From contig JBCCGL010000005.1 of the NCBI GenBank assembly GCA_039029275.1, positions 209,122 to 273,121 on the forward strand: a stretch of 64,000 nt of DNA, given 5' to 3'. This document shows positions 39,988 to 49,653 of this stretch, piece after piece. Positions within the stretch are counted from its first letter, which is position 1. Each line of letters begins with the position of its first letter. A program made the translations under genes and the position numbers. The notes beneath the pieces are model-generated. The model was not told the DNA's origin, made no database searches, and worked only from the letters and a program-made list of their open reading frames with translations. Source of the stretch: Pseudomonadota bacterium. Lineage in GTDB: Bacteria; Pseudomonadota; Gammaproteobacteria; JBCCGL01.

Positions 39988-41199
39988 CTACAAGGTGCCG
40001 ACTGCGTATTGCAGTCGTTGCATCGCGCGCGACACCGTCTCGCGACTGCACGCGACGTTGAGACGCATAAAACCCCTGCCCTCTTCGCCGAAGATCATGC
40101 CTTCGTCCAGGTACAGTTTAGCCGTCTCAAAGAACAGCGATTTCAGCTCGCTATGTTCGAGCCCCAAATCGCGACAGTCAAGCCACATCAGGTAGGTAGC
40201 CTGCAAATCAAGCGGTTTTATTTGCGGGATATTGTCTGCCAAAAACGTGCGCACGAATTCAATATTGCCGTGAATTTGTGCAATCGCGGCGCCCAGCCAT
40301 TCGTCACCCTCTTCGTACGCTGCCTGGGTTGCGGCGATACCAAACGGACTCATCGTGAACAGTCCGGTCGAATAAATTTCCTTACGTACTGCCTCGCGTA
40401 GATCGGAGTCTTCAATGATCATATTGGCAGTTTGCAATCCGGCGACATTGAACGATTTGCTCGGAGCGGTACAGATGATTGATCGTGCGCGTAACTCCGG
40501 CGAGAGTCGTCCGTACGCAAAGAAGTCGCCACCGGGCATGATAAGGTCAGCATGAATTTCATCGGCGACAACAATCACATTGTTGCACACGCAAATTTCA
40601 GCGAATCGTTCCAGCTCGGCGCGTGTCCAAATTCGCCCGACCGGATTGTGCGGCGAACACAGCAATACAATTTTTACCAGCGGATCGCGGGCTTTTTCTT
40701 CAAGATCATCGAAGTCCATGTCATAGCGCGCGCCGTCAAAACGCAGCGAATTACTCTCCGAGATTCGATCGTTGTTCACTGCCGCGTAGGTAAACGGGTG
40801 ATAAACCGGACGTTGGATCAGGACTTTATCGCCAGGTTGGGTAAGGCGCTTGACGATGAGGTGAATGCCGGGCACGACACCCGGTGTGGGCACTATCCAG
40901 TCCGTATCAATCGACCAGCTGTGGCGTCGTCGCATCCATCCCGCTATTGCGTCAAAGTATCGCTGGGACGGTACGGCATACCCGAAGACGCCGTGCGAAG
41001 CGCGCGCTTCCACTGCGCGGCGAATCGGGTCGGCCGCGTGGAAATCCATGTCGGCCACCCACATCGGTAACACCTGCTCGTCCCCCAGTGCAGGGTCCGC
41101 CTGTTCGAACGGGCTGATCGCGCCGTCGGCGACGCGAAATTCCCACTTCAGCGAGCTTGTACCGCGATTGTCGATAAATTGGTCAAACAGGTCTGTCAT
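39988..41199 (-). CDS. PLP-dependent C-S lyase/aminotransferase (PatB/MalY family)
   Basis: …FDQFIDNRGTSSLKWE… is the PatB/MalY N-terminal hallmark, on a class-I aminotransferase fold. The start is taken at MTDLFDQ. Confidence 0.8.
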   Translation of the reverse strand: MTDLFDQFIDNRGTSSLKWEFRVADGAISPFEQADPALGDEQVLPMWVADMDFHAADPIRRAVEARASHGVFGYAVPSQRYFDAIAGWMRRRHSWSIDTDWIVPTPGVVPGIHLIVKRLTQPGDKVLIQRPVYHPFTYAAVNNDRISESNSLRFDGARYDMDFDDLEEKARDPLVKIVLLCSPHNPVGRIWTRAELERFAEICVCNNVIVVADEIHADLIMPGGDFFAYGRLSPELRARSIICTAPSKSFNVAGLQTANMIIEDSDLREAVRKEIYSTGLFTMSPFGIAATQAAYEEGDEWLGAAIAQIHGNIEFVRTFLADNIPQIKPLDLQATYLMWLDCRDLGLEHSELKSLFFETAKLYLDEGMIFGEEGRGFMRLNVACSRETVSRAMQRLQYAVGTL

Positions 41200-41407
41200 T
41201 ACGATGCGTTCTTGGGTTTGGTTTTTGTTTGCCAACGCGCGACTATCAAAGCGTCAACCAGGATAAGCAGTATGCCAAAACTTGTACGCAGTGTCGGTGC
41301 TGTTTTGACGACAACAACATCCGTTGGCGCAAAATGTATTTTAGGTAAATCGAGCCGTCAGGGTTTCAAGCTGGAGTACACTGATCACCACAGTCGGGAG
41401 ACCCACA

Positions 41408-42496
41408 ATGACAAAACCGCGCGCTCGCGAGCTAGGCCTGGACTTTCCTGGTGTCACAGGAAAGCACAATGCAATTACCGACGTCGAAGGCGTAACGGTC
41501 GGTTGCTGCACACTTCGCAATGACGAGAAAGGCATTCGCACGGGCGTGACAGCCATCGTGCCTCGGCAGGATAAAAACAATCCGACGCCGGTACTGGCCG
41601 GTCAGTTCACCCTGAACGGTAACGGCGAAATGACCGGCACACATTGGATCAACGACGCCGGTTATTATCTAGGACCGATCTGTATCACCAACACACACGC
41701 GGTGGGCGTGGTACATCACGCCTGCGTGCAGTGGATGATTCAGCGTTATTCTGAGGCATTTTCCAACGATCACATCTGGGCGATGCCGGTTGTAGCCGAA
41801 ACCTACGATGGCGAATTGAATGACATCAACGGCATGCACGTAACTGCCGAGCACGCGCTCAATGCGCTTGAATCTGCAAGCGGCGGCAAGATAGCGGAAG
41901 GTAATATCGGCGGTGGCACCGGTATGATCTGCTACGGCTTTAAAGGCGGCACCGGAACCGCATCGCGCAGGATTGAAACAGGAAACGAACGCTACACGCT
42001 TGGAGCGCTGGTGCAGGCAAACCACGGCACTCGCGGTTGGCTCAGCGTGCTTGGTGTTCCGGTTGGCCAACATCTATTGGATGAGAATGTCGCGAAGAAC
42101 GAGCGCGGTTCGATTATCGCGATATTGGCGACGGACGCACCGCTCTCACCGCTTGCACTGCGCCACCTTGCGCGACGCGCAGCTTTGGGAGTCGGGCGCG
42201 GCGGAACACCAGGCGGAAACAGCTCCGGTGACATTTTCCTTGCGTTTTCTACGGCGAACGCACACGCAATGTACAAGGCGTCCACACAACCTCAATCATT
42301 TACATTTGTGAGCGAATCCGAACTGGACAACTACTACCTGGCAGCCGTCGAGTCGGTTGAGGAATCGGTCATTAACGCCTTGCTTGCGGCAGAAGACATG
42401 CCGACATTTAAACCCGCCGGTGCGGTTTGCCGCGCGATTGATCACGCGGAGCTGCAAAACGTGATGCGCCGATACGGTCGAATGACGACCGGCTAA
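41408..42496 (+). CDS. S58 (DmpA/OAT) family L-aminopeptidase/D-Ala esterase-amidase
   Basis: …ITDVEGVTVGCCTL…GIRTGVTAIVP… and …GGGTGMICYGFKGGTGTASR… form the DmpA self-processing Gly-Ser/Thr region. Confidence 0.8.
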   Translation: MTKPRARELGLDFPGVTGKHNAITDVEGVTVGCCTLRNDEKGIRTGVTAIVPRQDKNNPTPVLAGQFTLNGNGEMTGTHWINDAGYYLGPICITNTHAVGVVHHACVQWMIQRYSEAFSNDHIWAMPVVAETYDGELNDINGMHVTAEHALNALESASGGKIAEGNIGGGTGMICYGFKGGTGTASRRIETGNERYTLGALVQANHGTRGWLSVLGVPVGQHLLDENVAKNERGSIIAILATDAPLSPLALRHLARRAALGVGRGGTPGGNSSGDIFLAFSTANAHAMYKASTQPQSFTFVSESELDNYYLAAVESVEESVINALLAAEDMPTFKPAGAVCRAIDHAELQNVMRRYGRMTTG

Positions 42497-43104
42497 TCTG
42501 CAAATCGCGCGACGCCAATACCCAGATCCTTTCTGAAAACAGCGAACAGCAATGACGCTGTAGTCAAAATCAATCCGAGTTGAAACGCCGCGTTTTCGAT
42601 GGTCCAAACAGGTATCGCCGGAACAATAATCACCGCACTCAAAAAGCTGGTGATGAAGGTCAGGCGGGTTTCGCTTTCAGGGTAATTCCACGCTTTGATA
42701 AACGTGGGAATTGTTGCGAAGGTGTTTGCCGCAGTCGCGAGCAAGATCGCAACAAGAGGCGAATCCGCGATTCCCCAAAATACCAGTGCCAACAGCGAGA
42801 AAGCGCCACAGGCCAAGTCGAACCTGGTTAACGCCCAATAACTGTTTTTGTTGATAAACGATGCGAGAAAAACCAGCGCCGGAACAACGCCACCAACTAT
42901 CACGCGCACCGATGCCCATACATCGGCATCGGCCGAAAACGCCGCGCCGATACTCACCAAGGGTGCCAGAGCCCACATAAACCACGACACACGATTGGGC
43001 TTGGTTACCCCCCGTAAGGTATCGCGAAAATAGGCGTAGCCGCCCCAGATCATTACCAGTGCGCTGACAATTACGAGCGTTTGGGCAAGTGTTAAACCGG
43101 TCAT
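42493..43104 (-). CDS. hypothetical integral membrane protein (about 6 TM)
   Basis: 203 aa, strongly hydrophobic. No family recognised. Confidence 0.5.
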   Translation of the reverse strand: MTGLTLAQTLVIVSALVMIWGGYAYFRDTLRGVTKPNRVSWFMWALAPLVSIGAAFSADADVWASVRVIVGGVVPALVFLASFINKNSYWALTRFDLACGAFSLLALVFWGIADSPLVAILLATAANTFATIPTFIKAWNYPESETRLTFITSFLSAVIIVPAIPVWTIENAAFQLGLILTTASLLFAVFRKDLGIGVARFAD

Positions 43105-43366
43105 ATTTGTATAGTATTCGATTGTGTTGTTATGTCATTAACGGTGTTCCGGAACGTTTCGGCATGTACCCAGGAATCCCGGATAATGCACGGCGTTCTT
43201 GACCGCTTACGCGCCATCGCCGTCCCGATCAACGCTTGGATCACCGATTTTTCTGCTCAATGATCTGCTCCGCTGGAAACTGCGTAAAATACATCCAGAA
43301 TCCGACGCAACACAACAAGCTTGACCCTAGTGACCAACAAAAATATGTGCACGCTCGCCCCCTACA

Positions 43367-44476
43367 TTGCGTGAGTTATCGATGAAACCTAACTCTCGCC
43401 GAGCGTTGAAGAACAAAATCCGTATTAGCTTGGACCGCACGCTGCTCACGCATCTGCGGTCTTTATGGCTGCCGACTTTCAAAATCGAAGGGAAAACGGC
43501 CGGTGGGGAATCATTGACGCTGTTGTACGCCGGCACGGACGCAGAGCGTATGTATCTGAAATCAATACTGTTTCCCGATGGTGCCAAACAGCAGCGTCTT
43601 GGCAGGCATTTTTTCTGGCAAATCGACCCGCTGGCAACAAAGCTGGGGGCTGACATACAAGTCAGCGTCGCCACATATATCACGCGATTTCTTTTCCCAA
43701 GCGAACAACATTTCTATATTCCAACGTGGCTTGAATGCGAAGCGTCTATTGAAAAGACGTCGGTAACAATTGGTACCACAAAATCACGCCGCCGGCAGAT
43801 TAAACAACTCCTTAAACACAACATGCATTATTCGGTGACAAGAGATCTGGATGACTTAATGCACTTTTATGAGCGAATGTACAAACCGCTGATCTCACAA
43901 TCCCACGGTGGAAACGCTCTAATGATGAAGGCCGACCACATGCTTGAGCGCGTAACTAACGGCGAAGGTGATTTGGTTTTAATTCACCAGGGTGATGACA
44001 CGATAGCGGGTAGCCTGATTGTTTACGACAAAGGTCAGCCACGCTTGTTTTCAGAAGGAATACTCGATGCCGATAAACGTTATATGCGTCAAGGAGTAGG
44101 GTCCGCAATATACTTGTTCAGCTTTCAATATCTCATCGAAAAAGGTTTTAGCCGTGTCAACCTGGGACGTTGCAGGGCGTTTGTTAACGACGGTGTTTTT
44201 TACTTCAAAAAACGTTTTGGCTTGGAAATTATTGGCGAGTTGCAAAAAGGCATGTTACTAAAAAATGTCTCGAATTCGCCTGCGAGCATCAAAATCCTAA
44301 GCTCTAATCCTTTTGTGTATTTGAAAGGCGGAAAGCGCTTTATTGCTCACTTTCTGCGAAAAAATATTGACAGTAATTCAGATGCCACACCTGATTCAGA
44401 GAACGATCTCGATTTGAGTGTTCTCGGGGTAGAGGATGTTGTTGCGATTACGCCTGCGAACGACCGCGTTATCTGA
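43367..44476 (+). CDS. FemAB/Acetyltransf_6-like GNAT-fold protein (island paralog 1)
   Basis: About 365 aa with a C-terminal GNAT-like block (…RQGVGSAIYLFSFQYLIEKGFSRVNLGR…FYFKKRFG…). It resembles the BioF2/CelD/FemAB-type long GNATs and lies in an AT-rich region. Confidence 0.55.
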   Translation: MRELSMKPNSRRALKNKIRISLDRTLLTHLRSLWLPTFKIEGKTAGGESLTLLYAGTDAERMYLKSILFPDGAKQQRLGRHFFWQIDPLATKLGADIQVSVATYITRFLFPSEQHFYIPTWLECEASIEKTSVTIGTTKSRRRQIKQLLKHNMHYSVTRDLDDLMHFYERMYKPLISQSHGGNALMMKADHMLERVTNGEGDLVLIHQGDDTIAGSLIVYDKGQPRLFSEGILDADKRYMRQGVGSAIYLFSFQYLIEKGFSRVNLGRCRAFVNDGVFYFKKRFGLEIIGELQKGMLLKNVSNSPASIKILSSNPFVYLKGGKRFIAHFLRKNIDSNSDATPDSENDLDLSVLGVEDVVAITPANDRVI

Positions 44477-45347
44477 CGTGGAACGTCAACGTTGCCCAAA
44501 GTGATTCGTAGAAAATACGCGGCTCTTCCAAACCGAGAGCCGTGAGAATTCCTGTATACCAATACTCCGATTCATCCTTCTTTCGTAAGTCTATAAAACG
44601 CACATACCAGTTGCCCGATTGGCCAAGTGTGAAACGGACTTGGCCGTTTTCATCTGAGCGCACCCTAACCAAATCAGAATATTCGGATTCGGTATTTTCG
44701 TCTATGTGCGCTTCATGAGAGGCAAAAACCAGCGTATCGGCCAAGGGTTTGCCGTCTTTGTAAATTGTTGCAGCAAATTGCTCACCCTCAGTGAGTGCAA
44801 ATGTATTCACATCCGGGATAATTTCAACGGGATAGCCCAATGGGTTTGCAAAATTTTCACTGAGTTTGTCGCCGGCCTGAATAGCGGACTTGGCGAATTT
44901 GGAAAATCGTTCGACAACGGCGGTGTCTGATTCGCCAGCAATTTTTCGTTCTGCGATCTGATCCGACAATCCCTCAGATTTGAGATAACGGTTAAACTTT
45001 TCCGCCGCCAGCCGTATCGTGTGCGGGCGAGTCGCTAAACCGATGAAATACGTACCTTCTGCGCCAAATTCGTACCTGCCCCGCGTTACCTTGTCGCTAA
45101 GCGTCCACTCGTTTTCAAGAAAAGAGTCGGTATCCCCTGAGGGCAGTAACACATCCGCCGACGCTCGCGATCGTCCTTTGATTGAGGACTCGCTCACATG
45201 AAACGATCCGTTTATGAATGGAAGCGATACGTCGGTGTTCGGAGTGACGAAATGTGATTCGGGCTTTGCGAACAGGGTGTGCGCGTGAGCGTGTCCGAGG
45301 CTGCACATCAATACGGCAGCGGTCACCATTTGAGCGGAGGCACGCAT
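44469..45347 (-). CDS. secreted protein, DUF4198-like (periplasmic partner often found with Ni/Co uptake genes)
   Basis: Signal peptide (MVTAAVLMCSLGHAHA) followed by a beta-rich ~270-aa domain. It starts 3 nt after hupE. The family assignment is from memory and uncertain. Confidence 0.45.
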   Translation of the reverse strand: MRASAQMVTAAVLMCSLGHAHAHTLFAKPESHFVTPNTDVSLPFINGSFHVSESSIKGRSRASADVLLPSGDTDSFLENEWTLSDKVTRGRYEFGAEGTYFIGLATRPHTIRLAAEKFNRYLKSEGLSDQIAERKIAGESDTAVVERFSKFAKSAIQAGDKLSENFANPLGYPVEIIPDVNTFALTEGEQFAATIYKDGKPLADTLVFASHEAHIDENTESEYSDLVRVRSDENGQVRFTLGQSGNWYVRFIDLRKKDESEYWYTGILTALGLEEPRIFYESLWATLTFHVR

Positions 45348-45349
45348 CG

Positions 45350-45928
45350 TTAAGCACCGACGAGGACGTGCAAGCCAATGCCTGCGATGCCAGCCCCCAC
45401 ATAACGCAAGACTTGCGGACCATCTTCGAATCTTGATGCCAGCCCGCCAACGCCGACACCGAGCAGGTGAATCACTGCGGTGCCCATCATGAACCCCAGA
45501 GAATACATGTACGGACTCGCGATCTCGGGCATTTCAAGCCCGTGTGCGTAGCCGTGAAAAATTGCGAAAAACGCGACAAATGCGAGGCTTATCATCGGTG
45601 ACAGTTTTAGATTCGCAGCGATTGCAAGACCCAGGACCAACACTGACAATGCGATACCTGATTCGACGAGCGGGAGCCCGATATCTGCGAGGCCGGCGAT
45701 GCCTCCCAGCACCATCACCCCAACAAATGTTGCCGGGACATACCAGATAGCTTTACCACCGATCTGGTAACTGATGATGCCAACGCTGATCATTGCAAGG
45801 AAGTGGTCAAAACCCAATATTGGGTGCAACAAGCCGACAACGAAGCCTACTCCCTCAACGGAGTGATCTTCGTGCGCCATCACTATCGACGGAATCGCCA
45901 ACAGTACCAAATAAGCAAACTTCCTCAC
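45350..45928 (-). CDS. hupE: HupE/UreJ-family nickel/cobalt permease
   Basis: The N-terminal signature AHEDHSVEGVGFVVGLLHPILGFDHFLAM (the HPxxGxDH motif) plus six TM helices is typical of HupE/UreJ. Confidence 0.8.
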   Translation of the reverse strand: MRKFAYLVLLAIPSIVMAHEDHSVEGVGFVVGLLHPILGFDHFLAMISVGIISYQIGGKAIWYVPATFVGVMVLGGIAGLADIGLPLVESGIALSVLVLGLAIAANLKLSPMISLAFVAFFAIFHGYAHGLEMPEIASPYMYSLGFMMGTAVIHLLGVGVGGLASRFEDGPQVLRYVGAGIAGIGLHVLVGA

Positions 45929-46002
45929 CTCTTACTCCAATTTTGTTTGTTTGAAAATGCGAAATACTAATAGATCGTATACCGGTTGTTCTGCGGATCA
46001 GA

Positions 46003-47148
46003 TCATATTCGTTGATCGTTACCCGTGCTTTTTCGGGATTCAAGAAGCGTCTTGAATTTGAAAATCCAAAACAATATCAAACCTTTGACTGTGTTACCTG
46101 GAGTACGCAATGACACGTATCGCTGCACTCTGGGATTCCACACGCGATGCGCGGGGCTATCCGATATCAGACTTATAACCTTGACGTCTGAATGATCGGC
46201 AAAGTGCTCGAGTAGAAAACGCTTGACCAAAAGTCCCGGAGAGCATTTTGAAAATTCCTGGTCGTACGCAGTTTTTAGACCGACACAAAACTGACCAAAA
46301 ATCAGGCAAACCTGCATACCAATGAGCTTTTGATCTATGTACAGAGCAAATAGTTCGACATTTCCACTTTCTGCCAATTTTGAAATGACACGTTGATAAA
46401 ACTGCTTTTTTCGCGGACTAAGTGAAATCGCTAGTGGTTTCTTGTGCTTTCCGCGACCCTTTCCGTGCCCACCTTTCCATCCTCTTTCTTCTAACTCCAG
46501 GAAATTCGCAAAGCCGTCCAAAACATGGCCGATCTCAACCAAGCGGCAGTATTCCACAATACCCAGCGCATTTGCCTGCTTGATGCGCCTCGTAATGTTT
46601 TGCCGATGCTTGCGTGTGAAGTTGCCGCTCAGAGTTTCGTATGCATCCAAATCAATGAAGTTGCACGAATCACGGCTCCTTTTAAACACGATGGGTTCGC
46701 CGCTATTCGAAAACATCTCGATAAGAACCGAACTGTCCAACACCTCCTTGGCAAGAAAAACATCCCACTTCGTGTTTCTATAGCGTTTGAGTTCTCGAAT
46801 AAAGAATAAAAAAACTGCAGCCTTGTCCGCCTCCTTATTAATCAGAAAATCAGGCATGTACAGTTGTTCTCTTGACGGAATGCTAGCCTGAGTCCACGTG
46901 ATTAACGAACCTTTCTTTTCAAACTCAATTGGGAACACGGCTACGAGCTTAGCGGACTGAAAAACCGCAAAGAAATGGATTCTGTCTTGAGTCTTTTCTA
47001 CCTCTTTAATAAACGCCTCGAACCATGCGGGGTGGCAGTAGAACGAGCGAATATCAGCAACCTCGGTAAGACTCAACCACTCGTCGCGGAGACGGTCAAT
47101 TCCTGACTGGCCGACGAAAACCTCAATCTCGAAATCAGCGTGGCTCAA
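46003..47148 (-). CDS. FemAB/Acetyltransf_6-like GNAT-fold protein (island paralog 2)
   Basis: 381 aa. …GNFTRKHRQNITRRIKQANALGIVEY… and the C-terminal …VELFALYIDQKLIGMQVCLIFG… block match the CelD/FemAB-type GNAT family. Confidence 0.65.
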   Translation of the reverse strand: MSHADFEIEVFVGQSGIDRLRDEWLSLTEVADIRSFYCHPAWFEAFIKEVEKTQDRIHFFAVFQSAKLVAVFPIEFEKKGSLITWTQASIPSREQLYMPDFLINKEADKAAVFLFFIRELKRYRNTKWDVFLAKEVLDSSVLIEMFSNSGEPIVFKRSRDSCNFIDLDAYETLSGNFTRKHRQNITRRIKQANALGIVEYCRLVEIGHVLDGFANFLELEERGWKGGHGKGRGKHKKPLAISLSPRKKQFYQRVISKLAESGNVELFALYIDQKLIGMQVCLIFGQFCVGLKTAYDQEFSKCSPGLLVKRFLLEHFADHSDVKVISLISDSPAHRVWNPRVQRYVSLRTPGNTVKGLILFWIFKFKTLLESRKSTGNDQRI

Positions 47149-48260
47149 TGGGAACGTCTAATGGTTTTTTTAAGATAGTAGGCAGCACGAACTATGGACC
47201 CGATCAGCGTACGGTTAATCGCTTGCAGTTCGATTACCTCTCGGCTTGTCGGCTTCCAAACTTTCTGCCAGGAATAACTTGAAATCATATCGTAGCGTGT
47301 GACATCAGGGTGTTGACTATAGCGATCGATCACGTATTTCCTGAGCAATTGACCGGGACTGGCATCGGTGTACCGCTCGTTAAAGCCGTGCTTTAACCAA
47401 TAAACAGACGCGCCTGAAATTACGCAAAAATCTGCTGCTACTGGCTCTTTATTGATGAGCAAAAGGTGGATATCGCAGCGGTTCGATCGCGCAAATCGTT
47501 TCATCAAGTTCCGGTAAAATTCCAACTGGTCGGGATGCAGGGCAATTGCCCGTTTACCGCCTCTTTGACTCTTCCACCCCGACGCTTCAAGCGCTACGAA
47601 CTGATCGAAAGCATGATCAAGTACGCTCTGATCACACACGGTTACGAACTCCACCTCGCCGAGTGCTTTTAATCGCGCCAGTCCTCGCTTTAGATTACTA
47701 CGCATTTTCTTGGCTAAGACGTCCCTTCCGTAATCGTCAAAGTCGAGCTGAATGAAATTATTGATTGCTATCGCTCTGATCGCAAAGGGGGATGCAACCT
47801 CTTTTCCGACAAGTTGGGATAGTTCGTCCTGGATAAAACCACCCAGCTTTACCAAGTCCCAGGCAACATAGACGTGCAATTGACGCAGGAGTCTGTGGAG
47901 ATCATCCAGTGACCAATCGGGCGGCCACAACATGCCCCTAACCGGAATTGGAGTATCAGGTAGTTGGAGTATTTTGACGGACAAAAAGAGCCGCTTTTTT
48001 AACACTTTTGAGAGCGGCAGCACGGCCCGAAGCTCGACGCCCCGGTACACAGCAACGATGAATTCGAATTGGGCATTCTTACGCAGAGATTCGAAGTATG
48101 AGAGATAATACCCCGATGTCTGCATTAACCCGGTTTGCCCAAAGGATTCGGCGAGGGAATCCCACGCCTGCGCAAGCTTACGAATTTCACTGATTTCATG
48201 GACGATCTCGACGCGCACATCTTCGCCTGCCAGATTTGTTTGGATACTGATTGACTCCAC
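47145..48260 (-). CDS. FemAB/Acetyltransf_6-like GNAT-fold protein (island paralog 3)
   Basis: 371 aa with a parallel motif (…KKMRSNLKRGLARLKALGEVEF… …HLLLINKEPVAADFCVISG…). It overlaps the downstream paralog by 4 nt. Confidence 0.65.
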   Translation of the reverse strand: MESISIQTNLAGEDVRVEIVHEISEIRKLAQAWDSLAESFGQTGLMQTSGYYLSYFESLRKNAQFEFIVAVYRGVELRAVLPLSKVLKKRLFLSVKILQLPDTPIPVRGMLWPPDWSLDDLHRLLRQLHVYVAWDLVKLGGFIQDELSQLVGKEVASPFAIRAIAINNFIQLDFDDYGRDVLAKKMRSNLKRGLARLKALGEVEFVTVCDQSVLDHAFDQFVALEASGWKSQRGGKRAIALHPDQLEFYRNLMKRFARSNRCDIHLLLINKEPVAADFCVISGASVYWLKHGFNERYTDASPGQLLRKYVIDRYSQHPDVTRYDMISSYSWQKVWKPTSREVIELQAINRTLIGSIVRAAYYLKKTIRRSH

Positions 48261-48622
48261 TATCTTTTACATTTTTTCCGCGAATCTGACTTTTTGATTG
48301 GATTGACCATTGACCTACGGAGGAGTGTCAACGACTTACAAAACCACATCAAGGGGTTTTTAAAAAATGTCCAATCAATCGGCACAAACGGAAAACTCAG
48401 GTGTTCTCCAAATTGTGGAAGTCATTTGCTCACAGTAATTTTGTTTTAATTTTCTGGTTTTCTGGTTATCACGCCAATTCGTACCTACACGGTCAGATAT
48501 CGGATCACAGTCGAAGTTCAAAACACCGAGTTCAACACTGTCTTTTGTCCGCACCGATTCAATTTTGCGATCTGGACCTGCGCAGCACACCCGAAGATTT
48601 TGGAAGAGGCTTAATCCTCGTT

Positions 48623-49531
48623 TTACTCGTGCTTATCGGTAGCGGTTATTCCCGCCGCAGCCGCGACCACACAGGCAACCGCGATCATACCCTGTATCCC
48701 CATTCGCTCACCCAGTATCACCGCACCAATCAATGCTGCAACCGCAGGTTCAACGCTGACCAAAACGCCGTACATACGCTTGGTGATCTTCTTCAGCGCT
48801 TCGAATTCGAGCGTAAATGGAATACTCGTTGAGAGTAACGCGACACCTATGCCAACAAAAATGATCAGCGGGTCATTTACCATCGCGGGCAGCGCAGGAA
48901 TCGCAAACGGAATCATTGCACAAGCGGCAACAGTCATTCCGATGGCCAACCCATCGTGACCGGGGATGCGACTCGAAACACGCGTTGACAGGATGATAAA
49001 CAGCGCCCAGCCCGTGCCCGCGAGAACCGCGAACAATATGCCGATTGGGTCAAGGTCGATACCCGAAAGTGGCGACAAAAGGGCAATGCCGGCTGCGGCC
49101 AGAGCAACCCAACCAAAATGGCTGACACGCCGCGAGTTAAACGCGGCCACGCCAAGCGGTCCGATAAACTCAATGGCTACAGCAGCTCCGAGTGGAATGC
49201 GTGCAATCGACTGATAAAAAAACATGTTCATCGCCGCAAGACACAAGCCAAACATCAACAGCAACATCCGGTTTTGGGCAAATATTCGCGTGGTTTGACG
49301 AATACCCGTGCGCGAGACAATCAACAACAGGATCGCAGCGAAAATGATTCGTACGGCGACTGCCCCATCTGCCCCGATAACAGGGAACAAATTTGTCGCG
49401 AAAGCTGCGCCGAGCTGGATCGCGACAATTGCCAACAACACCAGCCCGGGAGGTGGAATGGCGCCCAGCATGTTTGCAGCGACGGACTCATTATCCGGCA
49501 TGGATCGCGCAGCTCTTCTATCGTCGCTCAT
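48623..49531 (-). CDS. DMT-superfamily (EamA-like) transporter
   Basis: Ten TM helices in two EamA repeats. The true start may be downstream of the ORF's first Met. Confidence 0.75.
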   Translation of the reverse strand: MSDDRRAARSMPDNESVAANMLGAIPPPGLVLLAIVAIQLGAAFATNLFPVIGADGAVAVRIIFAAILLLIVSRTGIRQTTRIFAQNRMLLLMFGLCLAAMNMFFYQSIARIPLGAAVAIEFIGPLGVAAFNSRRVSHFGWVALAAAGIALLSPLSGIDLDPIGILFAVLAGTGWALFIILSTRVSSRIPGHDGLAIGMTVAACAMIPFAIPALPAMVNDPLIIFVGIGVALLSTSIPFTLEFEALKKITKRMYGVLVSVEPAVAALIGAVILGERMGIQGMIAVACVVAAAAGITATDKHE

Positions 49532-49653
49532 TATTACAAGTATTGGTTAACGTAAGTTGTATGCTTGGAACAGTCCGCAGACGAAATTACTTTCGCACTG
49601 AATAAAACTGCTTTATTTGTCCACTGATCTCATATCGAATAATTATTTTACAT

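Noticed and set aside
45929-46002. NikR box or cobalamin riboswitch upstream of hupE
   Set aside because: Only 74 nt and no GTATGA-N16-TCATAC dyad. Too short for a B12 riboswitch.
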